From positions 1 through 31,546 of the IMG/VR virus record IMGVR_UViG_3300022158_000006: a stretch of 31,546 nucleotides of DNA, one strand, 5' to 3'. Positions within the stretch are counted from its first letter, which is position 1. Each line of letters starts with the position of its first letter. A program made the translations under genes and the position numbers. The DNA comes from a virus. Its lineage: Duplodnaviria; Caudoviricetes. Of the stretch, positions 1 to 7,842 are shown one piece after another. The notes below the pieces were generated by a model that saw nothing but the letters and a program-made list of their open reading frames with translations, did no database searches and was not told where the DNA came from.

Positions 1-2316
1 ACAGGAGGTGGTGATTCTATCAAATCTACCTCTACGTCCTCAACAAGTTATAATTCATCTAAATTTTACAATGATAATTCTAAAGGATGGCACAATTTAG
101 TTTATGGTTCTGCTTATTCAGGCGGTAGTTTATTGAATGTTGGTGCTGACGGTGCTATTATTTACGGAAACACAACTTCAGGGATTACGACACTTGGTGC
201 TTTTAATTTGCTTTTTGGTACTAACAACACCCCCCGAATGACGATAGATTCGAGTGGGAATGTAGGAATAGGGACTGATAATCCGAGCGCGGGGATTCAC
301 GTTAAACACGGAAGTATAACTACTTCTTCTGACTATTCAAGTTTTTTATCAAACGCAACTGCTAAAATAGTTGCAAATCATTCAAGTGAATATGGTATTT
401 CGATTGGTTATGCTAATGCCTCAACTGACACTATTGGAATACAGTCTGGTAATACAGGAGCATCAAGACCTTTAAGTTTACAGCCTTTTGGTGGCAACGT
501 AGGAATAGGTACCAGTAGTCCAACAAGAACGCTTGAAGTAAATAGCGGAACTGCTTCTGATATTGCTAAAATTGGAAACAATAGTGGTGCGTTTACTTTT
601 GGTTATAGTGCTTCTTTAGCAAGTATTGATTTAGCAGCAAGTAATGCTTTTAGAATAAGACAGGGTGCTGTTATTCCTTTTTATATAAACACAGATAGCA
701 ACGTAGGAATAGGCACTACGAGTCCTAATTATAGGCTTAATTTATCTAATTCAAGTACTTTAACCCCAGTTTACCAACAATTTACAAACGGAACAACTGG
801 AACTACCGCAAACGATGGAACCGTTATGGGTATTGATTCAGATGGAGATTTTATAATTAACAATTTAGAAGCTAAAGATATAAAATTATACACTTCTGAC
901 ACCCCCCGAATGGTTATAGACTCGAGTGGGAATGTTAAAATTAACAATGGTTCTTTAGAATTAGGTTCAGAGGGTATTTCTTCAGGGTATGTTTACTCTC
1001 AAGAGTCTTTATACTTTAATGTTGATTCAAACAATACTCCTGAAAATTCTGTTATTGTCTTTGGAACAGGAAGAACAGGTAATACAGGTGGTAGTGAACT
1101 TATGCGCATAGAATCCGATGGAAAAATAGCTATTGATGGATATTCTAATGGTGCTTATATTAAATCTGTCGGTTCAATAAGATTTGACATAGATAGTGAC
1201 AATAATCAAACGGATAGGGCTTTTGTTGTTGGGCATAATAACGCTGCAAGTGATTTATTTATTATAAAAGAAAGTGGCAACGTAGGAATAGGGACGAGTC
1301 CGACTGCTAAATTAACTGTAAATGGAAATATTAATTTTCCATACTCTACTACTGGAACTTCTACTATCGGCATACAACAATCTCCAACAAACCCATATTC
1401 TACAACAGCAAGAGAATTACTAATAAAAGGAGCGAATGCTGAACCTACTGGGGCATCTGGACAAGCCCAACAAGGAGGTAATGTAAGAATATCAGCAGGA
1501 TTAGCACGTGTAAATACTGGTCTTGGGATAAGGGCTGGAGATGTAATTATTGAAGGTGGCTTGCACCACGATGGAGTAGGTGTTACTGATGGTGCTGGAA
1601 GAATTATTTTTAATACGGCAGGCACCGAACGAATGCGCATAACGAGTGGGGGGGATTTCTATATCGGAACTGGTGCAAGTGTAGCTTCCTCTACACAAGG
1701 TGGCGCATCTTTTGTGGTTGATACTAATGATAGGAGAACACTTTTATTATCCACACAAACAACATCAGCTAATAGTTTAGTAATTTTTTATAATACAAAT
1801 GGTGTAGTAGGTACAATTAGCACAAGTGGCTCTTCAACTGCTTACAACACAACTTCTGACTACCGACTAAAAGAAAACGTAGTGCCTATGGAGGGTGCTT
1901 TAGATAGAGTAGATGCGCTAAAACCAAGTCGCTTTAACTTTATTGCAGATGCTGACAAAACGGTAGATGGATTCCTTGCTCACGAAGTAGCCGATGTAGT
2001 ACCTGAAGCTATTAGCGGAGAAAAAGATGCTGTGGAGACTCAAGAGTATGAAGTATCTCCTGCTGTTTATGAAGATGTAGTTCATCCTGCTGTAGAAGAA
2101 GTGCTAGATGATGATGGCAATGTAGTAACTCCTGCACAAGAAGAATACACAGAAAGAGTTTTGGTTAGTGAAGCTGTTATGGGAACTAGAGAAGTTCCTG
2201 TTTATCAGGGAATCGATCAAAGCAAATTAGTACCTCTACTTACAGCAGCTTTGCAAGAAGCACATACTTTAATTAAAGAGCTAACTGCTAGAGTAGAGGC
2301 TTTAGAAAGTAATTAG
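1..2316 (+). CDS. Tail fibre/receptor-binding protein, 3' part (frame open from base 1), with GNVGIGT-linked modules and a C-terminal peptidase S74 intramolecular chaperone
   Basis: Frame 1 has no stop from 1 to 2313; repeated (E)RMxIDSSGNVGIGT linkers; S74 motifs TSDYRLKENV, GFLAHEV, IDQSKLVPLLTAALQE plus terminal coiled coil. Confidence 0.9.
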   Translation, partial: TGGGDSIKSTSTSSTSYNSSKFYNDNSKGWHNLVYGSAYSGGSLLNVGADGAIIYGNTTSGITTLGAFNLLFGTNNTPRMTIDSSGNVGIGTDNPSAGIHVKHGSITTSSDYSSFLSNATAKIVANHSSEYGISIGYANASTDTIGIQSGNTGASRPLSLQPFGGNVGIGTSSPTRTLEVNSGTASDIAKIGNNSGAFTFGYSASLASIDLAASNAFRIRQGAVIPFYINTDSNVGIGTTSPNYRLNLSNSSTLTPVYQQFTNGTTGTTANDGTVMGIDSDGDFIINNLEAKDIKLYTSDTPRMVIDSSGNVKINNGSLELGSEGISSGYVYSQESLYFNVDSNNTPENSVIVFGTGRTGNTGGSELMRIESDGKIAIDGYSNGAYIKSVGSIRFDIDSDNNQTDRAFVVGHNNAASDLFIIKESGNVGIGTSPTAKLTVNGNINFPYSTTGTSTIGIQQSPTNPYSTTARELLIKGANAEPTGASGQAQQGGNVRISAGLARVNTGLGIRAGDVIIEGGLHHDGVGVTDGAGRIIFNTAGTERMRITSGGDFYIGTGASVASSTQGGASFVVDTNDRRTLLLSTQTTSANSLVIFYNTNGVVGTISTSGSSTAYNTTSDYRLKENVVPMEGALDRVDALKPSRFNFIADADKTVDGFLAHEVADVVPEAISGEKDAVETQEYEVSPAVYEDVVHPAVEEVLDDDGNVVTPAQEEYTERVLVSEAVMGTREVPVYQGIDQSKLVPLLTAALQEAHTLIKELTARVEALESN
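259..415 (+). repeat. Copy 1 of the 157-bp repeat also found at the window end
   Basis: Identical to 31390-31546 except C288/T31419. Confidence 0.97.
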
Positions 2317-2324
2317 TATCTTTG
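2317..2324 (+). promoter_or_regulatory. Possible Bacteroidota housekeeping promoter -7 element
   Basis: TATCTTTG matches TAnnTTTG, 23 nt before ATG 2348. Confidence 0.45.
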
Positions 2325-2347
2325 AGGATAACTCAAAATTTATAATT

Positions 2348-2575
2348 ATGAAACTAGAAGAAAAAGAATTACAAACATTAAAAGAGCAAGAGACTAAAAA
2401 GAATGTGATCCTAAGAGATTTAGGCATCCTAGAAACTCAAAAGCACTCTTTGTTACACGCTTATGCTGCAATACAAGAACAGCAAGAGGGAACTAAGAAA
2501 GAGCTTGAGGAGAAGTATGGAAAAATCTCAGTCAATTTAGAGGATGGCTCTTATGAAGAAGTAAAAGATGAATGA
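2348..2575 (+). CDS. Hypothetical coiled-coil protein (75 aa)
   Basis: ORF track; E/K/L-rich; follows the tail fibre. Confidence 0.75.
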   Translation: MKLEEKELQTLKEQETKKNVILRDLGILETQKHSLLHAYAAIQEQQEGTKKELEEKYGKISVNLEDGSYEEVKDE

Positions 2576-2711
2576 TATAAAGATATATGCCTTAAACATA
2601 GCAGCTCTGCTTGTAAGTAGTGTAAGTGTTATTAATCCTTACTTGCAGACTGCTTCTTTGTTACTTGCTATAATTTACACAATAATCCAAATATACCACA
2701 AACTTAAATGA
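2568..2711 (+). CDS. Small membrane protein (47 aa), holin-like
   Basis: Hand-translated MNDIKIYALNIAALLVSSVSVINPYLQTASLLLAIIYTIIQIYHKLK; two hydrophobic segments; fills the gap and overlaps both neighbours. Confidence 0.7.
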   Translation: MNDIKIYALNIAALLVSSVSVINPYLQTASLLLAIIYTIIQIYHKLK

Positions 2712-2989
2712 GCGGAATTGATATTAATGGAGATGGCAAAGCAGACTTTTCTATCTCAATAACTCAGATTATCACTATAGCAGCTATGTTTGCTTCTATT
2801 GTCGGATCTTACTACACTTTAAGTAACAGAATTGCTATTCTAGAAGAAGAAGTATCTAAGCTAAACTACAATCAAAAGGAGTACACTTGGAAAGCACAAA
2901 GAGCTTTAGAGGCAGATGTTAAAGAGCTAGAGCTAGAAATGAGAGCTTTTATGAAAGACATAGAGTATCTTCAAAGAGAAAAAAGATGA
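2708..2989 (+). CDS. Membrane-anchored coiled-coil protein in the lysis cluster
   Basis: One TM segment (ITQIITIAAMFASIVGSYY) followed by a coiled coil. Confidence 0.7.
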   Translation: MSGIDINGDGKADFSISITQIITIAAMFASIVGSYYTLSNRIAILEEEVSKLNYNQKEYTWKAQRALEADVKELELEMRAFMKDIEYLQREKR

Positions 2990-3126
2990 TTAAGAAAATA
3001 GCTAAGAAGATTAAATACTGGTTTATAGAAAGAGCTGCAAGTGGTACAGCTTTTGATTATTTTTTGATAGGATTAGTAGGTATGCTATTCTTAATTTTAG
3101 TTAGCTTAATTGTTGAGTATGTATGA
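2986..3126 (+). CDS. Small membrane protein (46 aa)
   Basis: Hand-translated MIKKIAKKIKYWFIERAASGTAFDYFLIGLVGMLFLILVSLIVEYV; ATGA overlap with the upstream gene. Confidence 0.6.
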   Translation: MIKKIAKKIKYWFIERAASGTAFDYFLIGLVGMLFLILVSLIVEYV

Positions 3127-3478
3127 TCTTAAACACTTTTCGCTCTCAGAATTTGACTCTCCTGATCTTAAAAATAGTGGTGTTAATATGGATGCTACTT
3201 TTTTGGAGTTGCTCGATACAGCAAGAGATAAAGCAGGAGTACCATTCAAGATTACAAGTGGTTACAGATCTAAGGAACATAATGCAAAGGTCGGAGGAGT
3301 TGAGAACAGCTCGCACCTTAGAGGATACGCTGCTGATATTGCCTGCACCTCAGGCTCACAAAGATGGCAAATAATTAATGCACTTATAGAGGTAGGATTT
3401 TCAAGAATAGGAGTTGCTAAAACTTTTATTCACGTAGATAATGATCCTGACAAGTCTAGTGCTATTTGGACATATTAA
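3119..3478 (+). CDS. Endolysin, peptidase M15 family (Zn peptidase)
   Basis: ITSGYRS..HN..VGG..NSSHLRGYAADI...FIHVD motifs; ATG 3119 preferred to TTG 3110. Confidence 0.88.
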   Translation: MYDLKHFSLSEFDSPDLKNSGVNMDATFLELLDTARDKAGVPFKITSGYRSKEHNAKVGGVENSSHLRGYAADIACTSGSQRWQIINALIEVGFSRIGVAKTFIHVDNDPDKSSAIWTY

Positions 3479-3494
3479 TGGCTGAAATAAAAAA

Positions 3495-3908
3495 ATGAGT
3501 AAGAAGTTTAAAGATACAGCAGTAGGAAAATTCTTGCTTCAAAAGATACCTCAAGTGGTAGGCAAAATAGCTGAGGACACTCCAGTAGGATCGGTTATAG
3601 AAGCTATCATAGGCGGCTCAGATATGCCTCAAGAGGATAAGGATGTAGCTTTAAAAAAACTAGAATTAGAAAGAACAGAGATAGATGGAATCACTCGCAG
3701 ATGGGTGGCTGATAGTCGCAGTAGCAGTTGGCTTGCTCAAAATGTGCGACCTCTTACTTTAGCTTTTCTTACTGTGGCTTTTGTAGTAGGATGGTCTATG
3801 CAACTAGAGGAGCTAGAAGTAGTAAAAGAGCTGCTTCAAATTGTTTTCATAGGCTACTTCGGATCAAGAGGAGCTGAAAAGATACTAGGAGACAAGCATC
3901 ACAAATAA
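3495..3908 (+). CDS. Holin-like protein (3TM holin type)
   Basis: W..NVRP motif followed by TM helices and GYFGSRG.EK; adjacent to the endolysin. Confidence 0.7.
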   Translation: MSKKFKDTAVGKFLLQKIPQVVGKIAEDTPVGSVIEAIIGGSDMPQEDKDVALKKLELERTEIDGITRRWVADSRSSSWLAQNVRPLTLAFLTVAFVVGWSMQLEELEVVKELLQIVFIGYFGSRGAEKILGDKHHK

Positions 3909-4040
3909 GCTCGTAGAAGCATTTTAAGGTACTTTAGAGCGACTTTTAGTTGTTTAAGGTGTCTGAGTATTACTGAGCAAGAGATAAGCTCTTAGAGAGG
4001 CTCTATTTAACTCTCTTATCACAAACCTTAAAATTCCCTG

Positions 4041-4175
4041 CTACTCTTAGAATAGCTAGTAGCAGTTATATAGCTACTCTAAGGATAGCTAGTTATTAGT
4101 TATTTAGTTATACTATAGAGTTACTCTTAGAATAGCTACTCTTAGAGTTACTCTTAGTAGCTACTTCTTAGCTAG
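4041..4175. repeat. Cluster of short direct repeats (TACTCTTAG) and TAGCTA palindromes; possible replication origin
   Basis: TACTCTTAG at 4042, 4122, 4137, 4149; 17-mer TACTCTTAGAATAGCTA at 4042 and 4122; A-tract follows; longest non-coding gap. Confidence 0.75.
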
Positions 4176-4219
4176 ATGTAAAAAAAATAAAAAAAAATTG
4201 TAACTTGCAAGAAAAAGAT

Positions 4220-4474
4220 ATGAAAACTTCTGAAGTATTAGATAGAGCTGCTAAGATAATGAGCTACAAAACTTATAGCACAAGAAGGAAAATAGATTCT
4301 TTGCTAGAGTTAGATAGTATGATGTACACAGAGAGGGGTATTGACTCAACTCTTAGCGAAATGAGAGAAACAAAAAAAGCTAGTAAAAGAATTTACAGGA
4401 TGATAGCAGATATATCTCCTGTGGATGGATTTTTACTCAGAGCATTAAGCGTAGATATTCCTGAGATTGAATGA
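4220..4474 (+). CDS. Hypothetical protein
   Basis: ORF track 4205-4474; ATG 4220 is the likelier start. Confidence 0.7.
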   Translation: MKTSEVLDRAAKIMSYKTYSTRRKIDSLLELDSMMYTERGIDSTLSEMRETKKASKRIYRMIADISPVDGFLLRALSVDIPEIE

Positions 4475-4869
4475 AACAAAAGAAACCTGCTAAAAAGCCA
4501 GTAAGATCCAAACTAGTAAAAAAGCTAGATGTGATTTTCTCTCAGTACATAAGAAACAAATATGCCAACAAAAGAGGGATAGTAAAATGCTTTACTTGTG
4601 ATAGAGAGTATGAGGTGAAGAATATTCAAAATGGACACTTTATGAGCAGGAAAAACTATGCAACAAGATGGCACGAAGATAATTGCCGACCTCAATGCTA
4701 TGGATGTAATGTTATGCAACAGGGGCAGCAGTATGTATTTGCAATGAAACTGGGAAAAGAAAAAGCAGATGAGATGTATCAGCTCAGCAAAGAGACAATC
4801 AAGTTCTCAAACTATGAGCTAGAAGAAATGATAGAATACTATCAAAAAGAATTAAAAAAACTATTGTAA
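4471..4869 (+). CDS. ninG: NinG/Rap-like recombination endonuclease
   Basis: LD.IFSQYIR, CFTC, GHFMSR, RWHEDNCRPQCYGCN pattern. Confidence 0.8.
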   Translation: MKQKKPAKKPVRSKLVKKLDVIFSQYIRNKYANKRGIVKCFTCDREYEVKNIQNGHFMSRKNYATRWHEDNCRPQCYGCNVMQQGQQYVFAMKLGKEKADEMYQLSKETIKFSNYELEEMIEYYQKELKKLL

Positions 4870-4892
4870 GTACTTAGAAATGCTTATATTTG
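4864..4892 (+). promoter_or_regulatory. Bacteroidota-type promoter with no ORF before the next terminator
   Basis: TTG-N18-TATATTTG. Confidence 0.55.
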
Positions 4893-4897
4893 CTGCA

Positions 4898-4960
4898 AGT
4901 TATATCATAATGCTTGTTAGAAAGAGGTTAGAGTTTAAAAAATTCTGCCTCTTTTTTTTT
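4898..4960 (+). ncRNA. Candidate ~60-nt small RNA
   Basis: Lies between a promoter motif and an intrinsic terminator; complementary to start regions of several early genes. Confidence 0.35.
4921..4960 (+). terminator. Rho-independent terminator
   Basis: AAAGAGG...CCTCTTT stem followed by a T-run. Confidence 0.75.
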
Positions 4961-4987
4961 GCAATTAAAATTAGTTATCTATATTTG
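4958..4987 (+). promoter_or_regulatory. Bacteroidota-type early promoter
   Basis: TTTG-N18-TATATTTG upstream of ATG 5006. Confidence 0.65.
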
Positions 4988-5005
4988 TGAATAAATAACA
5001 ACATT

Positions 5006-5146
5006 ATGAATATTAAATACTACACAAACGAACAGCTTTGGGATGCTGTAAATAATCCTGAATTACTTGTAGCTTACAGAAGAGCTTGCAAAGAAGAGTT
5101 AGAGTCAAGAGGTAACTTTAAATTAGTAACTGATGACCTATACTGA
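5006..5146 (+). CDS. Hypothetical protein (46 aa)
   Basis: Hand-translated MNIKYYTNEQLWDAVNNPELL...; follows a promoter and A-rich leader. Confidence 0.6.
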   Translation: MNIKYYTNEQLWDAVNNPELLVAYRRACKEELESRGNFKLVTDDLY

Positions 5147-5252
5147 AGATTTGCTAAGACTCTATGTGGCTAGAATCGAAGCACTAGAGAATCGTATAGA
5201 GGAACTAGAAGCAAAATTAGAAATATCTAAAAACAATTATTATGCAAAGTAA
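5133..5252 (+). CDS. Small coiled-coil protein (39 aa)
   Basis: Hand-translated MTYTEDLLRLYVARIEALENRIEELEAKLEISKNNYYAK. Confidence 0.6.
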   Translation: MTYTEDLLRLYVARIEALENRIEELEAKLEISKNNYYAK

Positions 5253-5604
5253 AATTACTCACGTAGAGCCAAAAGGAACGTGGAACAATGGACAGCGAAC
5301 ATTTAACAAGTATCAGGTTAGTTTCGCAAACGGAGACTCTCTTAGCTTTTTAGCGGTAGGAGAGTTTAAAAAGAAAGTAGGAGAAGTTATCTCTTATGAA
5401 AAGAATGAGCAGCATCAGACTGGTAAGCTAGTTTATGAGCAGCCTCAAGCACAAGCAAGTCCTAAAGATGATGTACAGAAATACATTATCAGACAAAGCT
5501 CACTAAACAGAGCTACAGATTTATTCTCAGGATCAGGAACTTGGGATGAAGAGCAGATTATAGAAACAGCAAGAATATTTGAAAATTACGTTTACAATGG
5601 ATAA
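5242..5604 (+). CDS. Hypothetical protein, possibly ssDNA-binding or recombination-related
   Basis: Beta-rich N-terminus, IIRQSS helix; replication-module context. Confidence 0.6.
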   Translation: MQSKITHVEPKGTWNNGQRTFNKYQVSFANGDSLSFLAVGEFKKKVGEVISYEKNEQHQTGKLVYEQPQAQASPKDDVQKYIIRQSSLNRATDLFSGSGTWDEEQIIETARIFENYVYNG

Positions 5605-5872
5605 CAAGAAACTTTTTGCAGATGGAATGTTTGCATACGAAACAGACAAAGACTGGCTACCTATGAGAATATCTTTTAGAGTTAAAGAATTTGCAGAGAC
5701 TCTAATTAAGTACAAAGACTTAGCAGATCAGAATGATGGCAAGCTAAATATAGACATCAAGAAATCTTCTAAGGGAAGCCTCTTTGCAGAGATAAACACT
5801 TGGAAAAAAGAAAGAGAAGTAACTACTGCGGATCACTCACCTGATCGTCAGGAAGCAGATTTACCATTCTAA
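5597..5872 (+). CDS. Putative single-stranded DNA-binding protein
   Basis: C-terminal SSB-type acidic tail EADLPF; ATG 5597. Confidence 0.65.
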   Translation: MDNKKLFADGMFAYETDKDWLPMRISFRVKEFAETLIKYKDLADQNDGKLNIDIKKSSKGSLFAEINTWKKEREVTTADHSPDRQEADLPF

Positions 5873-5876
5873 GACA

Positions 5877-5903
5877 GGGAGGCTTTTTGCCTCCTTTTTT
5901 TTT
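5877..5903 (+). terminator. Rho-independent terminator
   Basis: GGGAGGC-loop-GCCTCCT followed by a T-run. Confidence 0.8.
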
Positions 5904-5933
5904 GTTTAACTTTTTTTTATATAACTTAGTATT

Positions 5934-6833
5934 ATGATATTAAACATACAAGACCAAATTGACAAGCTAAATAAGATCCGCAAAGGAGAAGTAAGACAAG
6001 CCTATACTCTTGGAATACCTGACTTTGACGAGTATTTTAAATTATCCTTAGGACAATATAATATTATTTTAGGGCACGCAAACGTAGGAAAGACTACAAC
6101 TCTTTTGTTTATTATGTTACTCTATTCTGTTAAACATAATTTAAGATGGTTGATATACAGCTCAGAAAATGAAGCTCACACTATTATTAGAAAGTTAGCT
6201 GAATACTTAACTGGACTTCCAATAAATAAAATTGAGCAAGATGTATTTGAAGAAAAAGCTAAGTGGATAGATAAACATTTTAAAATTATTGACCCAAATA
6301 CGTTATATAGTTATAAGAAACTGCTGAATTTGGCACAAGAAATCAAAAAAGCGTGGGATTATCAGGGATTTATGATAGATCCTTATAACTCTCTAATGAT
6401 AGACAAGACTGAGCTAAAGGGTATTTCTAAGCACGATTATGACTATGAAGCATCATCAGCATTTAGAGTATTTTGTAAAACAAATAATGTAACCATAATG
6501 CTATGTATGCACGCTGCTACAGAAGCTCTAAGAAAGCTACATCCTGCTAATCACGAATATGCAGGGCATCCTGTAGCTCCTTGGGGATCAGATGCTGAAG
6601 GAGGAGGCAAGCATATTAATCGTTGTGATTCATTTTTAGTTTTTCATAGAATGACTCAACATAGTCAAGACTGGATGTATTCAATGATGCACGTTAGAAA
6701 GATAAAGGACATAGATACAAATGGGAGACCCACTTCTATAGATAGTCCTATTATGATGAGGTCTGTGCAAAACAATGTAGGCTTTACGTTAAGAGGAGAA
6801 AATATGTTACACAAAACACTTGGAAAAATATGA
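5934..6833 (+). CDS. DnaB/T7 gp4-like (SF4) replicative helicase domain protein
   Basis: Walker A GHANVGKT, YSSEN, Walker B FMIDPYN, late VRKIK motif. Confidence 0.8.
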   Translation: MILNIQDQIDKLNKIRKGEVRQAYTLGIPDFDEYFKLSLGQYNIILGHANVGKTTTLLFIMLLYSVKHNLRWLIYSSENEAHTIIRKLAEYLTGLPINKIEQDVFEEKAKWIDKHFKIIDPNTLYSYKKLLNLAQEIKKAWDYQGFMIDPYNSLMIDKTELKGISKHDYDYEASSAFRVFCKTNNVTIMLCMHAATEALRKLHPANHEYAGHPVAPWGSDAEGGGKHINRCDSFLVFHRMTQHSQDWMYSMMHVRKIKDIDTNGRPTSIDSPIMMRSVQNNVGFTLRGENMLHKTLGKI

Positions 6834-7027
6834 TAGAGTTTTTCTTTTTTGATTATGCAGTAAACATTCAATTTATACCTATCTATGGGTGTAACTTGGG
6901 AGTGCTTTACTATAATCCTAATTTGCAGCCTGATGAAGAGGATGTGCCTGAGGATGAGTTTTATCATCAGATCACAGTTATGTTATTATTTTTTGGAATA
7001 CACTTGACAATTTGGAAGTATTATTAG
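6830..7027 (+). CDS. Hypothetical protein (65 aa)
   Basis: ORF track; ATGA coupling to the helicase gene. Confidence 0.6.
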   Translation: MIEFFFFDYAVNIQFIPIYGCNLGVLYYNPNLQPDEEDVPEDEFYHQITVMLLFFGIHLTIWKYY

Positions 7028-7500
7028 AAGCATATAGAAAACACAAAACGTGGGTAGATATTGTTAAGTCCTTCGGGTGCAATCCTGACACTGCTGAGGA
7101 TATAGTACAGGAAATGTATATTAGACTAAATAGATTATCTAATAATGGATTAAATATTACTTATAAAAATGAATTGAATTATTATTATATATATAAAATT
7201 TTAAAAACTATGTTTTTAGATTTAAAGAAAAAAGAAAAAAAAATTATGTATATAGATAATCCTCAAGAATATATAAATCAATTAGAGGATAATATGGATG
7301 TTAATGTTTCTTATGATGATTTATATCAAAAAATTATGAGCGTGTTAAATGAATTATATTGGTATGATAGAAAAGTATTTGAATTATTAGATGGTGAAAT
7401 AAGTATATCAGAATTATCAAGAAATACTGGTATAACTTATGCTTCACTTTATAATACATATAGAAAAGTAAAACAAATATTAAAAAATAAATTATTATGA
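7012..7500 (+). CDS. Phage-encoded sigma70/ECF-like sigma factor
   Basis: Region 2 AEDIVQEMYIRL; region 4 HTH ISELSRNTGITYASLYNTYRKVK. Confidence 0.75.
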   Translation: MEVLLEAYRKHKTWVDIVKSFGCNPDTAEDIVQEMYIRLNRLSNNGLNITYKNELNYYYIYKILKTMFLDLKKKEKKIMYIDNPQEYINQLEDNMDVNVSYDDLYQKIMSVLNELYWYDRKVFELLDGEISISELSRNTGITYASLYNTYRKVKQILKNKLL

Positions 7501-7700
7501 GACTAGGAGATTTATTAGAAACAATATTCAAGTACACAGGAATCAAGTGGCTAGTTAAAACAGTTACAGAAGCTGTAGGCGTAGAGGACTGTGGATGTGA
7601 AGATAGAAAGCAAGCACTTAATAAGATTAAAATAGATAGAAAATATGGAAGCACAAGATCTACCGAAGTGGGAAAAGTTCAGAGAAAAAAAGAGAAATAG
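7497..7700 (+). CDS. Hypothetical protein with a DCGC motif
   Basis: ORF track; LGD...TGIK...DCGCEDRK.ALN. Confidence 0.7.
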   Translation: MRLGDLLETIFKYTGIKWLVKTVTEAVGVEDCGCEDRKQALNKIKIDRKYGSTRSTEVGKVQRKKEK

Positions 7701-7842
7701 CATCACTAATGCAGAGTTTGAGTTAATCTGTGAGCTGCACGCTAAATACTTTAATCACCAGTACTACAAGCCTTGTACTTGTAATCCTAAGACTGTAAAA
7801 AGATGGATAGCTGACCTGAATATGTACTATGAGGCTATCTGA
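7645..7842 (+). CDS. Hypothetical protein with a PCTC motif
   Basis: ORF track. Confidence 0.7.
   Translation: MEAQDLPKWEKFREKKRNSITNAEFELICELHAKYFNHQYYKPCTCNPKTVKRWIADLNMYYEAI

Noticed and set aside
259-415. DGR template/variable repeat pair with 31390-31546
   Set aside because: Only one C/T difference, no adenine-specific variation, and no reverse transcriptase in the window
3123-3374. 83-aa + strand ORF
   Set aside because: Out of frame and nested in the endolysin; no convincing lipoprotein signal or o-spanin features
4041-4175. Mini-CRISPR array
   Set aside because: Repeats are 9-17 nt, overlapping and irregularly spaced, with no unique spacers
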